The notes beneath the pieces were generated by a model, which saw only the letters and a list, made by a program, of their open reading frames with translations, had not been told where the DNA came from and ran no database searches. Below are positions 1-10,149 of a DNA stretch of 28,038 nt, piece after piece (positions within the stretch are counted from its first letter, which is position 1; the number at the start of each line of letters is the position of its first letter). The position numbers and the translations under genes were made by a program. This stretch comes from Priapulus caudatus (Eukaryota). The stretch is from contig NW_014577081.1 in NCBI RefSeq assembly GCF_000485595.1, positions 183,880 to 211,917 of the forward strand, given 5' to 3'.

Positions 1-550
1 GTAAACGAAACACATGCCGCACAACAGAGACACCGCACACACAACCACGTAAAAACGCCACTGCGCACGCACGTGCAGAGTCGCCTGCATCTACGCCGCA
101 CACGCGACGACAGACACTAGCACAGACACACACACACAACCACAGCAAAAACGCAACAAGTCAACGCCCGACGAGATTACACACAACATACTAGCACGCA
201 CCGACTCCCCCACCCCACCAATACACCCGACACAACGCACGCAAAAACGCATACCCGCACGTGCGCGACGCACGCGGCCGTCACACCACTACAACAACAC
301 GCACGTACGCGCAACAGACACAACCACACCGCGCGCCACACAGACGCCACGTACTTGCACGCAAACAAGCACGCAGCACACAACAAGAGCACACACATCA
401 CACAGCACACACACAACACACACACTACACGCACACAACACACAGGCCAGACACACACGCTACACACCACTCAACCCACCACCGCACAACACAGACGCAG
501 CTACACTAACATCAGCACACATCACAACAAAACTACATACACACGCACGC
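1..550. repeat. Degenerate (CA)n/(CG)n low-complexity tract
   Basis: CA-dominated tract. It is colinear with ~15215-15790 (e.g. gtaaacgaaacacatgccgcac vs gtacacagaaacacatagccgcac). Confidence 0.9.
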
Positions 551-600
551 AGCGTGGGTACGGACTGATGCAGAATGAGTCCGGAATGGTAATGCTTGAC

Positions 601-762
601 CCACTTTCTTATCGGAGGGATGTCAGCCCGCATGCACGCTTCTTGAATGCCAACTAAAAGTGTGAGCGTGAGTGTTATCAATTTTCATTTTGAGTGATAT
701 ATTTTTTTGGCCCCGCGACCGAGTGGCTCCGTGTGCACTGCTACTTGACTACGTGGACACTA
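601..762 (+). repeat. ~160-bp dispersed repeat, probably the 3' end of a MITE
   Basis: ccactt(t)cttatcgga...tccgtgtgcactgctact(t/g)gactacgtg(g)acac recurs at 8535-8690 and ~15844-16010. Confidence 0.8.
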
Positions 763-772
763 TGTGATCATC

Positions 773-1316
773 CAGGCGCGCTCCATGCTGAGAGCCACGC
801 AATCATGTATCATGTCTCTCAGGATTTCAAAGTGACCATTCGAAATTTACCGAGAAATATACAAAAAATACAGAAATCAATTTTGATGGAATTTGTGGCT
901 AATATTCTTTATTTGTTTTCTTTTTCTTCTGAATCATTGACAGGACTTGAAGGAAATCGAATTTTACATGGTAACAAAACTAGCTTTTATTCTGAAAAAG
1001 AAAGTGCTTTGAATCATCTGCTGCATTAATGCTGGTATGCAAGCGCAGCAAAATGAAGGGAAATAAAATTCCAATGGTTTTTAGCTATTGCTGCTTGGAC
1101 TGAATGTGTGCTCAAATGTGTGCTCAATTTTTTGTGCGCCAGGGACCCTTGAATTTGAAATTCTCTGGGGAGGCCCCCCAGACCGCCCTCCCGCCATGTG
1201 CTTCGCGCCTGGCGGAGCGAATCCACCGTGGGTGGTGTGCGCGCCTTTGGGGAAGGAATGTGCCCTTAAAATCTGAAAAAATACTGTCTAGCCTGCAGCC
1301 ACTGGATCCGCCCTTG
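773..1316. mobile_element. MITE-like element (CAGGG(G/C)CGGATCC-type termini)
   Basis: Right end ctggatccgcccttg, degenerate left end caggcgcgctccatg, internal ctggggaggcccccagacc motif. Copy at 16021-16584. No TSD seen. Confidence 0.45.
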
Positions 1317-1339
1317 GAACTGATTCGCATTTAGTAGAG

Positions 1340-1430
1340 CACGGCCTATGGGCCTATATCCGACGTTGTCTCGGAGCTCCCGAACGCGTGCACTGCTGTC
1401 CAGGAGAGTGAGTTTACCGTATCCACGCAT
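1340..1430 (+). other. ASNS: Putative non-coding first exon of ASNS (start approximate)
   Basis: A GC-richer stretch ends in the strong donor CAT|GTAAGT at 1430/1431 (copy at 16699/16700). The ATG exon has an acceptor-like AG about 35 nt upstream of the ATG. Confidence 0.4.
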
Positions 1431-1694
1431 GTAAGTAGTCTATATACTTAGTTTGGTTTAGTTTAGTTTTGATTGTTGTACACATTTTCCGTACACGTAT
1501 TATACATCATAGTTTAATTTACAATACAACAGATTTAGATCAGGCGCGTAAGCTTAAGGATTTTAATTTTGGAGGGGGGCGCAATGAGCTACGTGAAGTG
1601 GTGAGAAATCAGGGCGTAAAATCCGTACCGAGGAGTGGGGGGGATGATCGGCGATAGCATCACATACTAGCACGAGCACAAGCCCACAATTAAT

Positions 1695-1965
1695 TTACGC
1701 ACACGCGCGCGATCGCGGCACGCGAACGAACATACACACATCACACACACACACACAGTAACACACACACACCACACGAACGACACACAACACACACACA
1801 CACACACACATACACACAAAACGAACAAACAACAAATTACCCACACAGCACACGCACACACCACAACGTACACACCACACCACCACACACCAACACCGCC
1901 CACACACACGCGCACGACACATCACACACACCACACACACACACACAACACACAAATCACACGTA
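1695..1965. repeat. (CA)n microsatellite inside the nested element
   Basis: Visible CA runs; copy at ~17010-17240. Confidence 0.9.
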
Positions 1966-2179
1966 CATATATTTATACATGCATACATACATGGCACGCA
2001 CATGCCAAATTTGACAACCGTACGTTTGCACGTGCCGTAGGCAATGTCAGTGCTAGGGGTCTGGGGCATTGCCCCCAGAAAATTTTGAAATATTTAAGCG
2101 CATTCTCCTGCAATCTGAGGCATACTGTGGGCCATATTCTCATGTCTGATGCAGTCTATCTCAACCCTAGACTTTTCAT

Positions 2180-2651
2180 CTACTTTTCAGATGAGCGTAC
2201 ACAAGTTAGGTTAGCTAATGAGTAATAATACATGTACGTAGAAATGCAATTTCTCAGCAATTTCAACAGCTGGTTTTGTATGTTTGCACTATACTTTTTG
2301 GCTATTTGTGAGTCTGGAAACAGCTTTGTCTGAAGAGAGTTCATTGCCATGGTCCTGGCCGCCTCAAAAGGCACATTGTGTTCAATTAAATAATCCGCGT
2401 AAATGCTCACTTCTGCGTCAAGACAGACCAATCTCTATCTGCCGCAAAGAGCTGATATATTGGGTGTAGATTCCACTGCACCGCCGATAGCACTTGTACT
2501 TTGAAGAGCTATATGCCTCTGGCAGTCCACTCCTTCCTCCGTGCCACACTTGACAAGTTCTGTCTTGCATACCATGCAATAGCCATGATAAACATCTGAA
2601 TTGCTGTTGGTATACAGTCACTGCGACTACAGTAAATGCAGTTACAGACAT
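2180..2651 (-). pseudogene. hAT transposase N-terminal remnant
   Basis: The translation AEVSIYADYLIEHNVPF...KLFPDSQIAKKYS matches the AE..A.FIAEHN.PF...FPDS.IAK motif of hAT transposases. The upstream AFTVVAVTVYQQQFRC...HGMQD resembles a decayed BED finger. Confidence 0.7.
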
Positions 2652-3649
2652 TTAAAAAACTCATTCTCATGCATTATGCTGGAAAATTGAAAGCAAATAC
2701 ACATTTCTTTTCTTTTTCCTTTCTTCTTCTTTCTTTCTTTCTTTTTTTTAATCTTATGGAGGGGGTATTTGTACAGGCCATCCCCCCCCTTCGCTTCAAG
2801 AGTGAGGGGGGATGCATCCCCCCATCCCCCCGGGATTACGCCCCTGGTGGGCGGATCACTGAAAAGCGCGCGGAGGCGCGCTTCCTAGGGGGTGGTCAGG
2901 AGGGGGGAGTTTCCCGCCTCCCGCTGCGAAGCGCGAGCTCTGACGTTTCATTAAATATTAGAGAAAAGAAGCATTCGTTGTACCGTTCTCAACTCTTAAT
3001 CCTCTAGAATGGTTCAAAATAATATGGATTTATTGTTAAACAAGATTTTCGATTTTTTTTAGGGATATCTCAGAAAAGATGCATCATGCATGTGATAAAT
3101 ATATTGGACGTTTAAATCAACCAATCACCAAACAATCAGGCAATTTACATCATAAGATTCCATAATTGCTAGCAGGACTGGTGATAAGTGTCAGAACACA
3201 CATAAGAATACACACCAGTAGGCACGTAGAGAACACGACCCGCTGGTAAACACAAATATCCGTAGACTCGATAGTCAATATATTGGTGGGTACGCATGAT
3301 ATGTGTATGCCGAGCTGATGAAAGGCGAACGCGCGCTGGGTCTCAAAGCTCATTTACAAAAATTTTTTAATACATTAAAAAGATATCTGTTGTTTCTTTT
3401 ATAATCTTTTTAAAACATAACAGGGGTCTTTGTTCATTGTGTCTTGTATGCTCCTTTTTCTTCCTACGTCTCTTACTTTTTCTCATTCTCCTCTCTCTTT
3501 TTGGCCGCGTTTTGGAGGGGGGCGACCGCCCCCACCGCCCCCCCCCCGCCTGGCTACGCGCCTGATTTAGATTAGATTTATAACATAACATAATATATCA
3601 TTATTTTATGTATAGTGTACTAAATCATCCACAATACTTCATCGCCGTC

Positions 3650-3908
3650 ATGTGTGGTATACTGGCCTTGTTCGGGAGCTATCGGTGTCACAAAGCAAAT
3701 AGCCAACAGTCCTGAAAGTCACTAGCAGGGACACAGATGCCTTCCGCATCGAGTCATAAACCAATATTTGTTCCCGCATTGCCTGCTGCTTTCAACCACG
3801 TTGGCTATTATTGATGACCGTCTACGTGAATGCGAGGCCTGATGAGAGTAAACATGCTCCACACTCTGTGGCTCATTTAAATGGACGTAAATCTAGCAAC
3901 CAAAAAAT
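3650..3908 (+). CDS. ASNS: Asparagine synthetase coding exon 1, copy A (frameshifted as assembled)
   Basis: ATG TGT GGT ATA = MCGI (Ntn glutaminase Cys). DAFRIE, LAIIDD and NGEIYN-like motifs are recognisable across indels. GT at 3909. Confidence 0.85.
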
Positions 3909-4059
3909 GTAAAGCTATTTTTCATTGTAGAAAAAATGTAGAAAAAAAGAAATCGCATCGATAGCATTCACATGGCAGTTATTGAGTAGGCATGGTAAGA
4001 GCGCGGTCGTACGCAACGCGGAGGGAGATGAACGACACGAGAGAGAGTTGTCGCATGCG

Positions 4060-4170
4060 AGGCAGGGGCAAGGCTGTGAGGGGTCGGTGTGGATGGGTCG
4101 GTGTGGATGGTTGGTGTGGATGTGTGGGGCACGGTGGGGGAGACATGGGCGGGATGGTGGGGATGCGGAT
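4060..4170. repeat. G-rich (GGTGTGGATG)-like tandem repeat in intron
   Basis: Repeated ggtgtggatg(g) units; copy at ~19375-19485. Confidence 0.7.
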
Positions 4171-4431
4171 AGAAGAATGTAGAGAAAAGTAGAAAAAAGG
4201 GGAAAGTAGAAAAAAGTAACCCTGATATATCATCTATCGTGAGCAAAATAATCACTGGCTCTGAATGTTTAGTTACAATAGCAGTGTGAATATCATCATT
4301 GTCTCAGTTCCCACATGGAAAGATAATAAAATTCATATACACCGGCGTATCAGTCAGCGGAAATTCGTTTAATGCTCACAATCTTTGCAGGCTTCGATTC
4401 TCACTCTCGGGTGATGTTTCCATTCGTCTAG

Positions 4432-4664
4432 GTCGGCTTCCAAGCACGGCTTCAACTTCAGACGCAGTGTGTGGGGAGGTGATTCTTCACCTCTACCATG
4501 AGGTGGGCCGAATACGCAGCGGCGAGGCTGGACGGTGTATTCGCCTTCTGCATTTTAGACACAGAGAAGAAGCAGGTTCATATCGGCCGTGACACATACG
4601 GCGTCAGACCTGCCTTCAAGCTACTGTCCGATGACGGAGTGTTAGCCTCTGCTCGGGGCAAAAG
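4432..4664 (+). CDS. ASNS: ASNS coding exon 2, copy A
   Basis: AG/GT bounded. EVILHLY...[31 protein letters not shown], with a few indels. Confidence 0.92.
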
Positions 4665-5218
4665 GTGCGCGCATAATTATACAGAGAGAGGAAACAGAGG
4701 AGCAGATGCTGAAGTGTAGCTAACAGTAAGAGAGAGAGGAGAAGGTGCAAAGTAATGGTATATATATTATTAAAGAAGGTATGAAAGAATGAAATTATGA
4801 AGTACTGAAGAAAAAAGTAGTTATGAAAGTATGGTAAAGAGGTTAAGAAGGAAGTAAGAGAAGTGGTGCAAAGGAAGCTCATGTTAAAATTCATTGCAAA
4901 GTGAAAGAAGAAGTGCAAGAACAAGTTGATGTTGCGATGAAAAGCACATAAAAACAGAGTAATGAAACGGCTGCCAAGTAAGTTGATGTTGAGTTTCAGA
5001 GTGCAGTAAATGGTGGGATACACATTAGGTTGAAGGTAAAGATCCAGACACAATATCTGTAAATTGCTGTTATTGGACAACTGTATAATGTTAATGGCAT
5101 CCCGAATACAAAGGGACTTCTTCCCCCACTCAGTATTACAGTTTCTAATGATTATAATATCCCGTATAACACATTTAGAACAGCGATATGTGATTTAATT
5201 ATTCCCTTATCGTTTCAG

Positions 5219-5410
5219 GTCTAGTGCATCTTACGGAATCAATGGAGAATGCTCACCTGTCGAAGCTCACTCCCTTCCCTCCAGGACACATTGAGAGCTA
5301 TCAAATGGATGACGAGGGAGAGAGTAAAGTTTCACTGATAGAGCAAAAGCAGTTCCACTATATAGGTGCTATGCCCAAATACGTGTCGCTAGGGAAAGAA
5401 CTTCTGACAG
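5219..5410 (+). CDS. ASNS: ASNS coding exon 3, copy A
   Basis: tttcag|GT...ACAG|gtacaa, 192 nt, phase 1-1. (G)LVHLTESMENAHLSKLTPFPPGHIESYQM... Confidence 0.9.
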
Positions 5411-5473
5411 GTACAATACAAAAGTATACTGTTATTTCTAGTTAGTAGTGGAACGTGTTAACAAAGCCACAGG

Positions 5474-5670
5474 TAGGGGTTGGGCACATCCTGGAAAACC
5501 TGGAAAATCCTGGAAAATCATCTATGATCCTGAAAGGGCTTGTACTATTTAGCTTATATCTCATGGGGCTGAGAAATGGGTCCTGGATTTGATAATTTAT
5601 AGAAAAGTCTTCATGTGAGAACCTGGCAGGTTTGCATTTATTTTGGCAACTGGTATGGACAAGTACACCT
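5474..5670. mobile_element. Possible short MITE
   Basis: Starts taggggttgggcac, followed by tandem CCTGGAAAA x3 subterminal-type repeats. Ends ...acacctg. TSD unclear. Confidence 0.35.
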
Positions 5671-5903
5671 GTTTTCACAGGCAATACAGTGCACACATAC
5701 ACATGAACGGTATAGGATATGTATGATAGTGATACATTGACATACTAGTCACACTTGTCTATGATGGTCACTCAATAAAAAGGGTAAAAGTGGGCTTCAC
5801 TGACAGGCGTTGGTTTCATAGAGGTAGTATCACCGTATAACTGCCACTCAATAAAATTGTCATAATTGGCCTTTGCAAATCCGTGTTTGCATTTACTGCG
5901 TAG

Positions 5904-5993
5904 ATAACATTGAGTTAAACATTCGCATGACTCTTACTGCTGCTGTGAAGAAGAGAATGATGTCTGATCGGCGAATTGGCTGCTTACTATCAG
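5904..5993 (+). CDS. ASNS: ASNS coding exon 4, copy A
   Basis: tag|AT...CAG|gtacta, 90 nt. (D)NIELNIRMTLTAAVKKRMMSDRRIGCLLS(G), the start of the SGGLDS ATP-binding motif. Confidence 0.92.
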
Positions 5994-6304
5994 GTACTAG
6001 AATATTGAACCACATCTTCTAGTTTCTCACAACCATGAACCTACTACTTAAAATATTCGTGTAGTAATTGCATGGTAGCTGTCATGAAGTCAATGCTGGT
6101 ACCTATGGTCATGCTGATGTACAAGTATAAATAAGGCAAATAACCAGCACGGCAAGAGGCTACCAGAATGTGGTGAATAAACATGGTTTTGCAAGTTACC
6201 TGATCTGATTAAATTACATTCTATAAACCAAGACTTTTCTAAATTAAAAAAGGTAAACCAACTCATTTTAGAAGATTTAAGCAAACAAGACTTTGCACAA
6301 GTAC

Positions 6305-6405
6305 CCATGCGCAGATATGGTTCTGTCTGCTCTTAGGTTGTCAAACATGTAAAGATCCTGAAGAAGTCGTCTGCTCTCCTTATCGCCCTCTTCTTCTGAT
6401 GGGGC
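6305..6405 (-). CDS. ASNS: ASNS coding exon 8, inverted fragment
   Basis: 101 nt, AG/GT intact. [33 protein letters not shown](G). Confidence 0.88.
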
Positions 6406-6607
6406 CTGAGTAAAAAATCTATTAATATCTTCAAATAGCACTTGAACCATGAATCATTTATTTAAAAGACATTTTGGTAATTATGGATCGCAAGTGGAAT
6501 GCAAAACGCCTTCGCGTACGACGTTATTAATACTTTCAAAAATTACAATAATGATGCTACAGTTTGTGTATAACAACGATTTCTCCTTGATGGTGCTGTA
6601 TGCTCAC

Positions 6608-6714
6608 ATTGTGGAAATATATGTATCCCTGGCACACCTCATCAGCCCCTTCACCCGAGAATAGCACAACAGTGTCTGTGTTCTCAGAAATGTACTTGCT
6701 AACTAAGTACATAC
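6608..6714 (-). CDS. ASNS: ASNS coding exon 7, inverted fragment
   Basis: 107 nt, AG/GT intact. (G)[35 protein letters not shown]. Confidence 0.88.
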
Positions 6715-7009
6715 CTATAAACATAAAAATTACAACAAAATTACTTCAGAAAACTCTTTTAAAAGACCTCCTTTGTTATAATTCGAATTTAATAAAACAA
6801 TAGTTCTTAATTGCAAAGAAGCAGAAACCTATATATCTGTGGGGGAAAATCTCATGACTGCAACTGGTTGTGTTGATGTAGAGAAACAAAGACTGGGCTG
6901 TAGATTCTGGAGCAAAGGAGGGCAGTTGCTGCCTCACTGGTAAATGTTGGAGAAATATATAATCAAAACTTAATAAATGTAAATTACCCTAGAAAAGTGT
7001 AAATCATTA

Positions 7010-7034
7010 NNNNNNNNNNNNNNNNNNNNNNNNN
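7010..7034. other. Assembly gap (25 N)
   Basis: Run of 25 N. Confidence 1.
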
Positions 7035-7045
7035 TGTCATGAAAT

Positions 7046-7500
7046 TTAATGAAATGTTTGTGAACATTTCAACGAACTATTCCGAAGAAAGAGAAATAAC
7101 TCGTCTACAGCGTGACAGGCGTTCATTGTCATTCTAGTCGGCCACTGGAATTTCCGAACCAGCCCCGGGCTGCGACGCAAATTTGAGCGAGTACTAAAAT
7201 GCAAATTGGAGCCCGAGTAGTAAAAGGAGTTATTGTAAACGGCAAAGCCCGTTCCGCCGTACGCGTTCGTGAGCGTATGCACGAGGCGGCGCCGGTTCGA
7301 TATAAAGTCCGTGTAGTTTGCGTACTCGTACAGCGACTTCTGATTAGTGGGATTTGAGACGAAGTATATTTTGTTCTCGCTGTCCGGTGCTGGCAGCGGG
7401 TCTTTGAACCAAGCTCCGTAGGTAGTCGCACTGGCAGTTCCCATCCACCTATGCGTCCACGGCTCGGAGATGGATGATAGCTTTTCCTTTCCACAGTTTA
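7046..7500 (-). CDS. Olfactomedin-domain protein exon (N-terminal part of the OLF domain; 3' boundary uncertain)
   Basis: Acceptor ctctag|TA at 7501/7500. (V)NCGKEKLSSISEPWTHRWMGTASATTYGAWFKDPLP...KIYF...LYEY...YGGTGFAVYNNSFYY shows the OLF motifs GAW.KDP and GTG..VYN.S.YY. Confidence 0.85.
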
Positions 7501-7877
7501 CTAGAGCGATACAGAATGTACAGCATTATAACATCGATAATATAGTATCGTACGTGCGCACGTGCTTGCTTGCGTTCGTGTATCTGTGGACATGTGTCTG
7601 ATTTTCTCTCGATTCTGATCCACCCTAGCTGCTAATTAATGTTTCCTAAGAAAGCTGATACTGGAAACATACAGTTAATTATCAATGAAAATATACTAAA
7701 TTTGAGAAAACTTTATATAGAATTGCAATAAATGAAAATTAGAGGGGCGGAAACCTAGACGAAAAACATAAAATGACATTAGCTACGAATAACTTCTAAC
7801 AACTACTAACACCTATCGTTACATAGCGGCTAAGCCAGTCTCTGTTATCTATATTCCTATTGTCGATTCAGACTCAC

Positions 7878-8001
7878 CTGGCACCGAAATATTATGGGCT
7901 CCGTGAAAGAAATCTGGCACGAGGTCCGATTGGCTGCTTTCAGTGACGTGGAATGCGTTTTGCTCCTTGCAATAACCTAATCTTGAACCTAGATCTGCTA
8001 A
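7878..8001 (-). CDS. Olfactomedin-domain protein, upstream exon
   Basis: tgtttcag|TTA...CCAG|gtgagt, 124 nt, phase 0-1, joins the next exon in frame. LADLGSRLGYCKEQNAFHVTESSQSDLVPDFFHGAHNISVP. Confidence 0.7.
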
Positions 8002-8150
8002 CTGAAACATTGAATATAAATTTTGGTATCAATCTTTGGTTGCACAAGTTCGTGGGTAAACAAACGAAGATGGTGGGGAGCATCCCAGTTCCAGTGTTAG
8101 GGGAAAGTGTTCTAGAGTGATCGAGACAGTGACAGAGGAAGCGTGTAGAA

Positions 8151-8494
8151 GGGCGGATCCAGCTTTTTGAAAAAGGGAGGGGTCCAGTAAAAAATAAAAA
8201 GCACTTTTTCCTGCTTAATTTTTCTGGTGTTTTAAAAAGGTGCCGAAGGCAGCTTATGCGACGTGCCTAAAGCACGTCGCTACTTAGGGTGTGTTTGGGA
8301 GACCGCCCCAAGAAAATTTGTAAAAATGGGTGCATTCTGAGAGCATCTGAGCAGTAATTTTGATGTCTAGAATGCAAGACGGAATTCCAAATTTTTAGCA
8401 GAAAATTATCTGTTGTGTTTTCCATTTTTTTCATTTCTTTGGGGTAAAAGAAGGGGGTTCTGGACCCCCTGACCCCCCCCCTCTGGATCCGCCC
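8151..8494. mobile_element. MITE in olfactomedin intron
   Basis: Perfect 12-bp inverted termini GGGCGGATCCAG (8151-8162) and CTGGATCCGCCC (8483-8494). No TSD identified. Confidence 0.7.
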
Positions 8495-8534
8495 ATGGAC
8501 AACGACCCTTCGTGCAAAAGTGATTAAGTTCCAC

Positions 8535-8690
8535 CCACTTCTTATCGGAAGGATGCACCCCTCGCACGCTTCATACTTGAATGCCAACTAAAGTTGAGCG
8601 TGCGATGTTATACATTTTGCTTTTGAGGTGTTATATTTTTTGCGCCCCGCCGAGTGACTCCGTGTGCACTGCTACTGGACTACGTGACAC
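8535..8690 (+). repeat. ~160-bp dispersed repeat
   Basis: Homologous to 601-762 and ~15844-16010. Confidence 0.8.
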
Positions 8691-8837
8691 ACGCACGTAC
8701 TAATGCTGAGAGGGTCTATTTCCCCCAGGGGTACTGCCAGAACGTACCCCTGGGTAAGGTCCGGTATACCGGAACGTGCTCGCGAAGTTTGGGTTACGGT
8801 TAGACCCCCCCTGCTACAAATCTTGTACACGCCCCTG

Positions 8838-8890
8838 GTGCGTGTGTGGTTGTGTGTGTGTGTGTGTGTGCGCGCGCGCGCGCGCGGCGC

Positions 8891-8931
<41 letters not shown>

Positions 8932-9000
8932 TGTGTGTGTGTGTGTGTATGCAGTCGTGTGTGCGTGCGTGCGCGCGTGGCGCGTGTGTGTGTGTGTTGT
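8838..9000. repeat. (GT)n/(GC)n microsatellite
   Basis: Visible dinucleotide runs. Confidence 0.95.
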
Positions 9001-9022
9001 AAGTGAGTGGTCTTATACACAC

Positions 9023-9178
9023 TTTCTGAAAAGTTAAACTAGCTAGTATTTGTCTCCGCATCAGAAAATTATCCATTCGCCCTGCACAACAACCCGGTAT
9101 CTGGAACACTGAGCTTACATTTAGGAGCTTAATAGGCTCCGCGTACGATGTATCACATATAGAGATCGTCCGCATTGT
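9023..9178 (-). CDS. Possible further upstream exon of the olfactomedin gene
   Basis: Open frame TMRTISICDTSYAEPIKLL...ASLTFQK ends at AAA|gtgtgt in phase 0, compatible with the 8001 acceptor. Acceptor uncertain (9178 or 9185). Confidence 0.35.
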
Positions 9179-10149
9179 CTATATCTGAAATCAACAAGCA
9201 GAATAGAATATATACTGAGATAAAATAGTGGCGATTAGATTGGATGAAATGTGACGTCAATTGTAACTTTTAAAGTTGAAGTATAAAGGTTACATGGCAG
9301 CAAACATGGTCATTTTAACACCAGAATCAAAATTCAGTTAATTCAAAACTTTAAATGTGGTATGAAGTAAGCTATGCTACAGAGAAATTATGCCGCGAAC
9401 TAGCCATCCTTTAATTTATATAAGTGAGAGATTCACATAGGTATCTTACAGATGAAATCATGGTAAACCTTTGTTAGAACATGTGCTCTCTACCTTAAAA
9501 GTACATTTCAGTCAAATATTACTGCATTCATTAGATAAATGGCTATATAGAACATTAAACTGCATATTTCATCTATGGCACACGTCGCCATGTATATTAG
9601 AGCGATTATTACGTTTTATTATTACGTCTATTAGAGCGATATGTCAGCTACGATAAGGCCCGTTATATTACGATGTCCTTCACAGGCTCGGTCGTTTCGC
9701 GTGAGGCGAGTTTGTGGTTTGTGAGACGTCGGTCGACGGAACCCTCTGTACATCTATATAGATGCCTTCGTAAAGTCTTTTACACACACACAATATTGTC
9801 GGCAAGCCACCATTAATTAATATACTTGTATTTTAATTAATCTATAACCAACTGTTGTTGTTAATTGGTCAGTGTACATAGTTTTCGGCACGATGCTAAC
9901 TCGGAATGGTCCACGAAGAGCCTCCCGAGGGTGTGACTAAATAGGCGACATGTGGAGAGCCTCTATTGACGCACACCTGTACATGAACAACATGTGTGGC
10001 TGTCATCACGCACGATGCCTTATCAAAGCGGAACACATAAAGGTTGCATATACACATTAAAGTTTGTAAATTCTGCAACAGAATGTGCGAAATGCCGTAG
10101 ATTTTTTTGGTCTCGTTGAGGGCTGCGAGAAAAAACGGAACAGATGTGA

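Larger units (their letters stand above)
1610..2846 (-). mobile_element. Nested internally deleted hAT element
   Basis: Termini CAGGG(G)CGTAAATCC...GGATT(T)ACGCCCCTG. Imperfect TSD gtgagaat/gtgcggat in the second copy. Contains a CA tract and a transposase remnant. Confidence 0.75.
1541..3564. mobile_element. Non-autonomous hAT-type DNA transposon (outer element) upstream of the ASNS ATG exon
   Basis: Termini CAGGCGCGTA...TACGCGCCTG flanked by a perfect 8-bp TSD ATTTAGAT (1533-1540 and 3565-3572). Confidence 0.85.
1..6048 (+). repeat. Direct copy of 15215-~21478 (ASNS 5' half and upstream region)
   Basis: Colinear by eye throughout, with the same MITEs, exons and introns. Differences are mostly single-base indels. 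Confidence 0.95.
6050..7008 (-). repeat. Inverted copy of ~23128-24087
   Basis: Reverse-complement match, e.g. aaaatattcgtgtagtaattgcatgg = rc of 24062-24087 and aaaagtgtaaatcat = rc of ~23128-23142. Confidence 0.95.

Noticed and set aside
91..657. His/Thr- and Cys/Val-rich ORFs (also 1667-2069, 8672-9037, 14782-15755, 16790-17316, 24110-24931)
   Set aside because: They are translations of CA/GT microsatellites, open in many frames at once.
4616..5080. 154-aa hydrophobic antisense ORF in the purine-rich ASNS intron
   Set aside because: Compositional bias explains it, and the frame is not preserved in the second copy.
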